The position numbers were made by a program, and so were the translations under genes. From Mesotaenium endlicherianum (taxonomy: Eukaryota): 55,067 nt of DNA. Of the stretch, positions 1 through 11,300 are shown one piece after another (the first letter of the stretch is position 1; every line of letters starts with the position of its first letter). The notes beneath the pieces were generated by a model. It made no database searches. It saw only the letters and a program-made list of their open reading frames with translations, and was not told the origin of the DNA. The DNA lies in contig WELA01003054.1 in assembly GCA_009602735.1 (NCBI GenBank), forward strand, positions 565,873 through 620,939, read 5' to 3'.

Positions 1-436
1 CCCCCGTCCCCCCTCCTTCAAAGCCCTTTCCCCTTCCCAAACAGCCAGCAGCCAGCCAACTAGCCAGCTAGCCCACCAGCTGGCGCTCTCGCGTTCACTT
101 TGGCTGGCCTGGGCTCCTACCAGTGGGCTGGAGGCATTACCACGGCATTCCTATGTCTGCACCTGTTGCTGTACACAAGCAGTAGCTCACATCCCATGAG
201 GGGGCTTCTGGACTTCTAAGTGCTCAACATAGGCTGCTGCCAATAGCCGAAGGCTGCCTCCTGCTGCCACTCCTGCTACTACTGCAGGCTGAAGGCTGAA
301 GGCCCGCATGTGTGCGCTGGCGGTGGCTCTATGTGCCCGCCACGAGAAGAGGAGATGGGCCAGTCTGTTGCTGGGCTGGGCGTGATGGAGGCTCTGAAGG
401 AGTGGCTGGCTGGCCGGCCGACTGGTGGGCGTGCAG

Positions 437-1566
437 GATGGGAGCATACTGGCGTGGCAGTACAGCGCGACGAGTGGCACGTTCGAGCCGGCGGCGTCGC
501 TGACGGGGCATACGGCGGCGGTGGTGGCCCTGGAGAAGGCGGGCGGCCGCATGTACTCTGGCTCCATGGACAAGACCATCCGGGTACGCACGCACGCGCG
601 CACGCACGCGCCGCCACCTGTCGCCTGCCTGCAGCACTCTTTGTTCCTCCTCCTCCTCCTCCTGCTGCTGCTGCCGCCGTTGTTGCTGCTGTGGCACAAT
701 GTGCTGCCGGGGAAATGCGCTGCTGCTATTGGGGAAATGTCGGGTCAGTCTTGCCCCTGCCTGCCCTCTTCACCTGTCAGTTGGGAACCAGCATTACTTG
801 TGCCTCTCATGTGGATAAGCTTCCGCTCTCTGTCTGTGCGCGCGTGTGCGTGTCTGCGCGTGCACCGTACGCTCGTTAAGCGTACCACATATGCACACTC
901 GCACATACAGACAAACATGCGCCGTAATTGTACACTGTGTGCTGGTGCCTGCGCGGTTGTAAATGTGGCAATGCGGTGGTGGCGCGGGGCATGGTGTGGG
1001 GGTGGGGGGGGTTCGAGCAGGTGTGGGACTTGACCAACGGGCAGTGCCTGCAGACACTGACGGAGCACACGCACGTGGTCATGGGGGTGCTGTGCTGGGA
1101 GGCCTACCTCCTCTCCTGCTCTCTTGACGGCACCGTCAAGGTCAGTCTCTCCCCCCCCCCCCTCCGCCCCTCCTCCTCCCTCTGTTTGTGTGCTTGTGCA
1201 CATATGTATGTGCGTGGGTGTGGGCAGACATACTTGCAGGCATCAATATATGCTTGCACATTCACGTACATAGGCATAGGTGCAAGTACGACTTTGAAAT
1301 TCAAAGTTGTGTTTGGAACACGGGAATGTATCTGCTTGTGTCACCTGTCGTTGTTTTAAGCAGCGACACTAAGTTCCAGCGAAGAAGGTCGCTTGCGGTT
1401 CAAGCCCTTCAGGATCAGTCGTTTCAGTTCACTCTACTGCGGACTGGAGTCGCACTCACCGCAAAGGTCCGACGTCTAGTCCTTGCCTTGTTGCAACTTA
1501 CACCGACCACGTGTCCACATGGGTGCCTGCCTGCGTGCGTGCGTGCGTGCGTGCGTGTGCGCGCGC

Positions 1567-1597
<31 letters not shown>

Positions 1598-1718
1598 CGT
1601 GTGCTTGCTGCTGCAGGTGTGGGTGGCCAACGCGGCGGGCAACCTGGAGCTGGCGTACACGCACCCCGACCCCGACGACCCTGCCTCCGGAGACGCTCGC
1701 GACGTACTCCCTCGTTCC

Positions 1719-1770
<52 letters not shown>

Positions 1771-3644
1771 TCTCCTTTCCTCCTCCCCACCCTCTCTTCA
1801 ATTGGTGATACTAGCGCTGCTTCCTGGCCCCGCGTACCTGACCCTTTAACTTCAGAGAGCCTCTCGAGAGCTCGTCCTCTCTCGGTACAGCGCTCAATGG
1901 AAGCTTGGCACTTGGACTTGTAATCACGCAAGCTTCCAGGCGGAGCGTGGTTTCAAGGCAGGCTGCATGGGAGGCTGCAATGAGCTTTACCGGTTGCCCT
2001 TGTCAGCGCAGATCTTTTCAGTGCAGGGGAATGGGCTTGCAGGCTGGGCGCCTTTCCTGCCGATTGGACCACCTGCAGTAACATGCGATTCACTGGGAGA
2101 AAACAGGTTGGGATTTTTTAAAACCCAGGGCAGGATTTTTTCCTCGGGAATCGGTTGAAATATGCACATTTACACGCGTGCACACGCATGTACACAAGTA
2201 CGCCCACCCGTGCGCGCACACACATACACACACACACACCCTCTCTCTCTCTCTCACACACACCCGCTCACTCACACACGCACTCTCACACACGCACACA
2301 CACATGCACACACTCACATGCACACGCACACACACACGCACACACACATGCACACACACACACACGCGAGCGTGGGCACATACGCACGCTACTGTCCTCA
2401 TCCTTGGTGACAAGTTTCGGGCTCGCTAAACCATGGTGATGAGTGCACGCGTGTGGGCTGCGCGGTTGCTGCAGGGCGCGCTGGCGCTGGCGGGGTCGGT
2501 GGATGCGGGCAACAAGCCCGTGCTGCTGGTGGCGTACAACGACAGCACCGTCCGCCTCTTTGACCTCCCCACGTATGTTCAGCTTCCACATCCCCCCCCC
2601 CCCNNNNNNNNNNNNNNNNNNNNNNNNNNNNNNNNNNNNNNNNNNNNNNNNNNNNNNNNNNNNNNNNNNNNNNNNNNNNNNNNNNNNNNNNNNNNNNNNN
2701 NNNNNNNNNNNNNNNNNNNNNNNNNNNNNNNNNNNNNNNNNNNNNNNNNNNNNNNNNNNNNNNNNNNNNNNNNNNNNNNNNNNNNNNNNNNNNNNNNNNN
2801 NNNNNNNNNNNNNCCCCCTCCCCCTCCTCTACCCCTCTGTCACCTCGTCCCCCGCGCTTGACCTTCTCTCTGCCGTGTTCTGTCGAGATCCTTCTGCAAG
2901 CCATAACGCGCCATGTGGCCGTGGTTGGCCACGGCCAGTTGGTCGTTTCCGCCATCCGTTCTCGTCAGCCAAACCTCTTGCTCCCGCACTCGCTTCGATT
3001 CCAGTCACGTTGCATCGGTCTTTTGACCGAAGGGAAGCGTGCAAGAGTTGCTGGATGGGCGGACACTGCAGCAGTCCAAACAGGGGAGCGCACGCAGCTG
3101 CCGGCAGGATGGCACCGGCTGGTGCTAGCGACCTGGAGACTCCGTGCTTGCACTTTTGGAATCCTGAGTGTCTTTTGAGCCCCGCGAGACGTCTGCTGAG
3201 GACGCCAAGGGAGGACGTTTGCTGCTCCCCCTTTTGGGAAAGATGCCCTCCACCCGCAGTGTCGTGAAGCCTTATCATTCCGTGCTCCTTCCCCCTCCCC
3301 GGGTGCACGTCGCCATCCTTGAAAGTGCAGCGAGCCTGGAGTTGCTGCTGGCTCTCATCGAACGCTCCTCTGCTCAATGAGAGATGCTTTCTTGTTGCGC
3401 GTTGCTCGTATTATGCCGGTGCCAGTCCTTATTTTCTGTGCTCTTCGCTTCCTCTTCCTTTCTTGCTGCTACTGCTGCTGCTGGGCGGCATTGGATATGC
3501 AGGTTCACGGACAGGGGGCTCCTGTTTACGAGGGAGGACACGCGGACGATACATTTCTCTAGCCAGCTGCTCTTTACCGGCGACAATTCGGGGGACGTGA
3601 AAGTGTGGCGATGGATCACCCCACCAGCGATGCCAGTGGTGTGA
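437..3644 (+). CDS. ZFWD-like (CCCH zinc finger / WD40) protein, 3' part; 5' exons lie outside the window
   Basis: Five GT-AG exons with consistent phases: 437-583, 1021-1140, 1617-1703, 2475-2572, 3503-3644 (TGA). Spliced product ...[82 protein letters not shown]...|[38 protein letters not shown]...[15 protein letters not shown] matches the WD40 C-terminus of plant ZFWD proteins. The zinc fingers themselves are not visible. Confidence 0.9.
1530..2366. repeat. Intronic microsatellites (TGCG)n/(TG)n, (CT)n, (CA)n
   Basis: Visible at ~1530-1602, ~1718-1766 and ~2215-2366. Similar tracts occur at 15104-15317, 28993-29049, 38140-38250, 39093-39550 and 42608-42690. Confidence 0.95.
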
Positions 3645-5288
3645 CAAGTCTCACGCAAAAAATTCACACAAGGAACCTCTGCTGGAGATCAGGCGGCCGA
3701 AGTGCTCTAGATCAGAGGGTGCTTGCATTTTGTCATCGAGGATGTGAGCAAGCATGAGAGGCGGGAGGGAAGCGCTTGTGCATCTTGCAACGAAGCGAAG
3801 ACGAGCAAGGCCCGTTTGCGGCCTTACAATGGTGCAGATATAGAGCTGGAGAGTTGCGGCGCGAGAGACAAGATCGCTCTGCAGTTGGTCGTTGCACTTA
3901 GAATGGGGGCAGAAGTAGGAGGGGTGTTGATGCAGGCCAAGAGCACGACAGTTGTGTGAAAGACGAAAGTGCTCTGCAGTCTGTCATGCTCTTAAAATTT
4001 GTGCAGAGGGAGAAGGCAAAGGGAGGTTGTTCTGTTTCACAAACAAAGTATTAGGAGAGGAAGACGTGTCCCGCTTTGTAGACCATGAGTATCTATCTTA
4101 AGATGGAGAGAGAGTATATTCAGTAAAACTTGTACGCAGGGCTTTGCCTGCTCTGTACTCCCAAGTCAGGAGTAGTCTGACGGGGAGGTGAGGACTTAGG
4201 CAGGTGACACCTGAAGCGAAAGCTATGCTCTCGAAGGTAGCAAAGGTAATTTTGTCAGTGGGGAAGGAACCACTTGAATGTATTGGTGAATTAGTGGCTT
4301 TTGGGAAGTTTACTGCTGAACCACCGGCTGCCTCTGTGACTTCACTTCTGGTCTGCATAAAGTGAAAGTCAGGCACCTAAACAATGACTGATGTATATGA
4401 ATTTCCAGTGTTATCTTACGAAGGGGCGTCACATTAACAGAGCAGGAAAAGCCTTCTCAAATTACCCGTCTTGCCAGCAGCTGGTAAATTCCACGCTTGA
4501 TGCAGGTACATCCTTCTGTATGTGCATCACAGCATGTGCTGACTTGAGCATACAATATGCGACGCAATCTTGTCTGACGCGGACTAGCCAACGTGATCGA
4601 AGAAGCAAAATAGTAGATGTCATATGAGGTGCATTTTGCTTGGGTTCTAGAACAAATTATTAATTGATCACATGTATGTACAATAAAAAGATGTTGTACG
4701 CAAGCAATACATTTCAACATTCTACTTGGGCTCTGAGCACAAGGCGCACGGAACCCTGCTCTGATTTGCAATCAGAGAAATAAGTATGCCTGACCAGTAT
4801 GACCAACTTCCGCAAGCTGAACTCGCTACCTCTTGGGAGTATCACAATCACAGATGTCATCAAAGAAGTAAAGCACAGTGGGCTTACTTCAGGAATAGGA
4901 CAGGAAACTTGCTTACAGAACAATCGCGAAGGCATATCATTAACCAGGCCGCCACGTATATAGCATAAGTGGCAAAACCTGACAAGATGATATGTTATGT
5001 AGCGGCCAGTAAATTCTGAGGGCCAGCTTCACAAGCTACCCCTCATGTCAACCGTGGGCTCATTAGGAATCTCGTATCTTATTTTTTGGGGGGGTACTGC
5101 ACCCCACACAAGCGCTGTAATATGTACAAACTAACACTACACCTAAAAGGATGTCTTTTGACTCCTTGATCCCTACCCTGATTACTATGATGAGACAAAA
5201 AGACATCTCCCACACATGACAACGCAATTCCCATAACTTAACCTGCTTTTCTAACACGTGTGTATATGTCTAGAGAGCTCGAGAGCGA

Positions 5289-5924
5289 TCAATCTTTAGC
5301 TAGTTTCCTTAAGGTTTTGAAGAAGAAGAAAGGAACCACGGCCATGACTCCTACCAACACTCTTGTAAGGAGAGCATCCCTACGATCTTGAGCTGTCTCA
5401 AAGCGTGCCCTCATGTAGACACCAACACTTCCCTCTGCTGAGCCAACCAGGAGAAAGCCTGCACTGTTAAACCACCCTGATGCCACCGGCTCCAGCCTCA
5501 GCATGCCATCGACATCTGCAATCACTCGCACCTCCACAATGACTGGACCGACATCGGTGTCGCGCACGCCCAAGCTGCGCCAATCAGAACTGTAGTGCAT
5601 TAAATCCACACGGATGCCCTGTCGAACGCTTTCCATGTGCTGAGCACCAATGGCATTCTGCTGCACAGCCTTTGACATCTTCTCGACATGCACATCAATC
5701 CTAGCCAGAGCTGGCTCCTCCCGCCGAGCAAGCACGAGAAAGCCACCCTCCAACTTGAGTGCTTTTGTATTCAAATTGAAGGGCAGGTCAAAGGCACCAT
5801 TAGCCTTCTCTAACTTGTAGGTGAAGTCGCCTCTGAAAGCAGAAAGGTCAATGATAATCTCGTCCCTCAGTGGATGTAGCTTCGCTGACCAGCTCGTTGC
5901 GTTCCCCATGGCCTGCAACGACAT
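5289..5924 (-). CDS. Hypothetical protein with C-terminal hydrophobic segment (possibly the last exon of a larger gene)
   Basis: Uninterrupted 211-codon ORF with normal amino-acid composition in non-repetitive DNA, ending RVLVGVMAVVPFFFFKTLRKLAKD*. A possible acceptor TTGCAG lies just before GCC-ATG (ATG at 5909). Confidence 0.55.
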   Translation of the reverse strand: MSLQAMGNATSWSAKLHPLRDEIIIDLSAFRGDFTYKLEKANGAFDLPFNLNTKALKLEGGFLVLARREEPALARIDVHVEKMSKAVQQNAIGAQHMESVRQGIRVDLMHYSSDWRSLGVRDTDVGPVIVEVRVIADVDGMLRLEPVASGWFNSAGFLLVGSAEGSVGVYMRARFETAQDRRDALLTRVLVGVMAVVPFFFFKTLRKLAKD

Positions 5925-7080
5925 AAATTCTTACTGCTGATTACTCTGGACTTCACAAGTAACACTCCAACTTGCAGGCATTTTGTAACAAAGAGGTTGG
6001 AAAGACACACTTGAAAAGTGTAAGTGCCTTGTCGTGATGTCATTGAATAAGGACCAACGGCGAGATGCAATTCTCATAAGGCTCAACGTGCTATTGCTAC
6101 ACAAGTTGCTGCCCCATTGTGTTATCCAATGAGATAAGATAGGAATTAGTCCTCACTTAAGTTGGACCTTTGAAGAGCACACACCAGTGTAAAAGTAGAG
6201 TCTCAAAGGTGTGTATTATACCCATAAGGTCCACTACGCATGAGGATATTTCATGCACTTGATACTCAAAGTTTGAAGCTCATACATACCGTTTGTCGTT
6301 TCTCTCGCAGCATACCAGTTATTCGGGCATCATTAATCAGAACTGACTAACTATATTGCGACATGAAACAGTGCTTACCCATGACTTCACCTAGCCTTCA
6401 AGATGGTTCTGGCAGAAGTGGATAAAGTGTGCAAAAAAAATGTATCAGTCCCCTTCACGTTCTTAGATACTTTTCATCCATGTTTGACAAGGGGTCCGCA
6501 CTTAACATTCAAATAAGGATGACAACACTGCAATAACATACCAGGTGATGGAAGTGGCAGATACTTTAAGAAGCAGCCTGCTGGAAGCTGCGAAGCCTTC
6601 TCTGGCCCTTCCCCTCTTCAAATATTACTTCTGAGGTGCAGGAATGCCTCTCCCTTCTCTCCCAAAAGGGAAAGAGCAAGTGTCAAGCGAACACTGACAG
6701 GAACTAGTCACGCTGATCGGCAGAACTTGTAGAAAAGACAGTCACAACTGAAGGTTGGCAAGGACATATTGCCTAGTAGATTGTGCGCCCTTCACACACA
6801 CGAATTACTTGCGCTAGTATTCTGAAGCAGATGCCAAAGCCTTGCACACACAAATTTAAGCGCCTGAAGTGTGTCTTAACTTGCTGCAAGAAAGGAACAT
6901 GCATGCAGAATTAACCGCTGCCCGTCGCCTCAGTAGCTTTGATTCCCACTAAATAACGGATTGCAACATTAAGCAGAAAGAAGGCTCATCAGACCTGGTT
7001 ACATCATCATAATAGGTAACATGGCACGAAGCATTTCCTACGTAACATGAACTGCTATATTAACGAAGCGCACGATCACC

Positions 7081-7110
7081 AGTCCGCGGTAGTCCGCGGT
7101 AGTCCGCGGG
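7081..7110. repeat. Three tandem copies of the 10-mer AGTCCGCGGT
   Basis: agtccgcggt agtccgcggt agtccgcggg, lying between the divergently oriented 211-aa ORF and FPS. Confidence 0.9.
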
Positions 7111-8302
7111 GAGCTAGGCTCCACTTTGACTCGGTAACAGCAGGTCTAAGGAGAGAAGCTGGATACAAATTTTCAAATCCTCCACTGGTGGGCACCTCGT
7201 GAGCACCTGAGGAGCTGGACGCCTTACGACAGGCACAGCTACAAGAAGGCCCTGGGTGCCGTGGGAGCGCCATGTCGGAGAGCGTGACTACTAGCAACGG
7301 TACGAGAGTCTTAGAATGTTTGTGTTCTTCTGCTCATTACGTAAGATCCGTTTGATATGCCGTTAGTGGTCATGATAAGGGATGTTGCTATTCCATCCAC
7401 TTACGTGCTCTTATACTGCATTTCTCGTTTGCAAGAGCGATGTGATGATCTGCAACTCTAATGCCCTAGCTTGTACAAGTCGCCTTCCAGCTCATAGGAC
7501 ATGATCAACGAGTATTTGTAGTGTCGTAAGTCGTGTATGTTATGGTGGAATGGGTTCGCCACGTAACACAATCAACTAAGCATTGCCTGCATTGTCAAGC
7601 CAGCTCGAAAAATGGCTGGAAGTGCCACGTCGAGCTTTTTCTCTCTGGACTTTTAACTGAAAGCACAGGCCTGGTCCTACGAACATGGGGTTCAGGAGGT
7701 TGCCATTTGGCATCAGAGAAATACAAGGTCTTGTTCAAAGAGCTCGGACAGCCATCAGACCAGCCAAAGCTATTTTAGGACAGAGAAACCTATGCAGAAG
7801 TAGACCTCTTATCGTGAGTTCAACTCACCACTATCTGTACAGACAGACATGGCACAATGCGTATTGTGCATTATCCGTTCGTAACTTTCACAATGAGGTC
7901 CCTTGCACTGGCAGATTTGGTAAGTCATGGGTGGCCAGACAGGCTACAGGCAAGCCTCAGATTAGCCCGAGTAGCCTGCTCATAGACTGGACTACTATCA
8001 AGAAATATGCGTCTCTCCGCACAGAAGTCTATGAAATAGTCGCGGTAATCACGCCAATTGTAAAATCGAAGGAAGCTGAGTTGCAGTTAAGAATGCTGAT
8101 AATGGTTGAAGTGGACAAGGGCAAAGAAGGGAAGAGTTTCATGCTTGCCATCTCCACGGCACTGATTTGATATTAGAAGAAGATTGAGCACTGGAGGGAG
8201 CAGCAAAGCTCAGCAAGTTCATGTTGATTAGACAAGCATGATGCAGCTCGGAGCTCTTGGGGGGGATGACGAGAGAAGCATGCTCACCATCTAGTGGTGC
8301 TG

Positions 8303-11300
8303 ATGTTGGCAGAGGAAGCTGCAGCTTCTAATGGAGTGTCGAGAGACAAGTCGGCAGATAGAGCCAAATTCTTGGAAGTGTTTGATGTGCTCAAAGCAGA
8401 CATTCTCTCTGAGAGTGAGAGCTTTGAGCACACAGCCGAGTCTCTAGCCTGGGTCGAGAAGGTACCCTCATGATCCTACTTCACTCTGCACTCTGCTAGT
8501 GTTGATGTTCAGAGCAGCAGGGAGCTGTGAACTCCTCCCTCATTCCCTAATATCCACACTTGCACCCTCCACACTCGTATCCTCCAGAAGCCAATCATGA
8601 GAGCTTTGCACCTGGCACACCTGAGACACTTTGACTCGGCCGCAAATTGTAAACCAAGTCCTCCCTTGCTGCGCACCTGCCTCCTCCTGTGCTCGTTGAG
8701 CCAGGTCACACTCGAGTTTCTCTGCTCTCCACCAGTAATGATCACTGAAAATGCACACCAAAATTTTTTCTCTGCAAACTTCTGAGGGTCTGCATACTTC
8801 TGAGGGCTTGAGTACGGCCGAACGAAGGGGCTGCAGCCTATACTGCCCCAAGGCTGCACTCTTTTGAGCCTGCCCTCATCAGCCTGTATACACCCCCTAC
8901 GTCACGCTTGATCAATGCCTAACACTCTAAGATGCTTCCGAGGAGCAAGCCTGAGCAGTTACAAAATATACTTGTTAAAGAACGCATGCGAGTACCTCAG
9001 CTCGAGATGTGTACGGGGTAAAATGGCGCACTCCATATTACTCTAATCCATGCAGAAAAGTCCAGGTGGAAGGAAGAAGCCATACAGTGGCTCAAGCTTC
9101 CACAGGGTAGCCTGCTTCAGATCGTGCCTGGAGTCACGCGCCCCCCCTCCTCCTGGTCCATGAGAGCCAGCAGCTCGACAAGTGTCACTGGCACAAGGAA
9201 GCTGACGGGGTTGGCTGGTGGCTCTGCTCTGGCGTCTGGAGGGGGGGTGCCCAATGGATGCCTGCAGAGCCTCGACTACAATGTTCCAGGGGGTAAGTCT
9301 GGGAGCTCTTGCAGGCCCTGCCCTCTTAACATTCTCATGTTCTGGCGTCTCGGGGGTCTTATTATGTTTCAGGATATACGTCCGTGTTAGTTCATACATT
9401 CACAACGTGCGCGCACGCGTGCGCGCGTGTGTGTGCGTGTGTGTGTGTGAGTATGTGTATGTGACAGGTTGTCAGCAATATTCCTGCTTCCATGCAGGAG
9501 CTTGTTGCCCCCGCGGGACAATGTCAGAAACAAGGGCCAGCCCCAATCTGGCACTTTTGCTCTGGCACTTGCTTCGAGTACGCGTGTAGTCCATCCTGGC
9601 GATCTGTAATGCTGTCAGTTCCTTACTCCAAGAAGAAGGATACTTCTTCTCTGTTCCAAAGACCTCAGGAAACCACAACAATGACGCCCACGTGCTCGAG
9701 TTCAAATGTGTGACGCGTGTGCGCAAGTTCTGGCGCATGTCCGCGCGTGCGCGTTAGCGGCTGCGTGGCTGGTTTCTGCACATCCTCTTGCTATTAATAC
9801 CCTTCAAACATGCCCTTGCCTGCTCTGTGGAAAGAGGGGGGGAGCGGGGCGAGGTCTGATGCCCCCCACTGTGGCCTGTCTGCTTCAGGGAAGCTCAACA
9901 GGGGCATGTCGGTGGTGGACAGTGTGCGGCTCCTGAAGGGCGGGCAGGGCCTGGACGACGGCGAGACTTTCCGTGCGTGTGCCCTGGGCTGGTGCATCGA
10001 GTGGGTGCGTCGCGCTATTTCCCCCTCTCGCCCGTGCATGCCATGCCTTCCTTGCGTCTCATGTGATCTGAGTGGATGTGTCAATGCAGGCTGCCTCTGC
10101 GTGCCTCCACGGGGTCATGCCTCGACGGGGTCCTGCCTCGACGGGGTCGTGCTGCGACGGGATCGCGCAAACCTCTAGATGATTTTGTGTGGGTCCTACT
10201 TGTTGGGGGTGATGATGGGGCTCTGTCTGGTGGTAGCTGCATCCTCTCACGAGCAGAATATGATGGAAGCAACAGGGGCACAGGGGCACAGGGGCAGGGG
10301 CACAGGGGCAGGGGCAGGGACAGGGGCTGGAGCAGGGGCAGGGGCTTGGAGGGTGGATCTTATTCTCGGCTCGTTGACCCCTTAATGGAACGTACTGCTG
10401 CTGGCCCTTTGAATATGCATGCACACATGCAGAGAGCCCACCCAACCTCAGCCTGCTGCACTGTGCCTACCCTGCAGTACTTGTTCCATGGTTGTGGTAT
10501 GTGACGTGCACAGCACGCCCAATCATTCGGTAATCAATTCTTTCCTCCTTGTCCTCCATTCCCCTCCTCCTCCACCTTCCCCGCCCACCACGCCCTTGCG
10601 TCCACCCCCCTGGCCCCTCCCTTCCCTTCTCCTTTCCTCTCCCCTTTCTCACCCTCCCCTCCTCTCCTCCTCCCCCTCCCCCNNNNNNNNNNNNNNNNNN
10701 NNNNNNNNNNNNNNNNNNNNNNNNNNNNNNNNNNNNNNNNNNNNNNNNNNNNNNNNNNNNNNNNNNNNNNNNNNNNNNNNNNNNNNNNNNNNNNNNNNNN
10801 NNNNNNNNNNNNNNNNNNNNNNNNNNNNNNNNNNNNNNNNNNNNNNNNNNNNNNNNNNNNNNNNNNNNNNNNNNNNNNNNNNNNNNNNNNNNNNNNNNNN
10901 NNNNNNNNNNNNNNNNNNNNNNNNNNNNNNNNNNNNNNNNNNNNNNNNNNNNNNNNNNNNNNNNNNNNNNNNNNNNNNNNNNNNNNNNNNNNNNNNNNNN
11001 NNNNNNNNNNNNNNNNNNNNNNNNNNNNNNNNNNNNNNNNNNNNNNNNNNNNNNNNNNNNNNNNNNNNNNNNNNNNNNNNNNNNNNNNNNNNNNNNNNNN
11101 NNNNNNNNNNNNNNNNNNNNNNNNNNNNNNNNNNNNNNNNNNNNNNNNNNNNNNNNNNNNNNNNNNNNNNNNNNNNNNNNNNNNNNNNNNNNNNNNNNNN
11201 NNNNNNNNNNNNNNNNNNNNNNNNNNNNNNNNNNNNNNNNNNNNNNNNNNNNNNNNNNNNNNNNNNNNNNNNNNNNNNNNNNNNNNNNNNNNNNNNNNNN

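Noticed and set aside
187..3377. Many overlapping ORFs rich in CV, HT, RE or SL dipeptides or X runs (also at 10419-11621, 14811-17356 and 38000-39770)
   Set aside because: They are translations of microsatellites and N gaps, not genes.
4098..4968. Short ORFs between the WD40 gene and the 211-aa ORF
   Set aside because: No recognisable motifs or consistent splice chain.
7533..8170. 81-aa and 161-aa ORFs with partly protein-like sequence
   Set aside because: Stops and frame changes, no recognisable domain; probably a decayed insert in FPS intron 1 or its upstream region.
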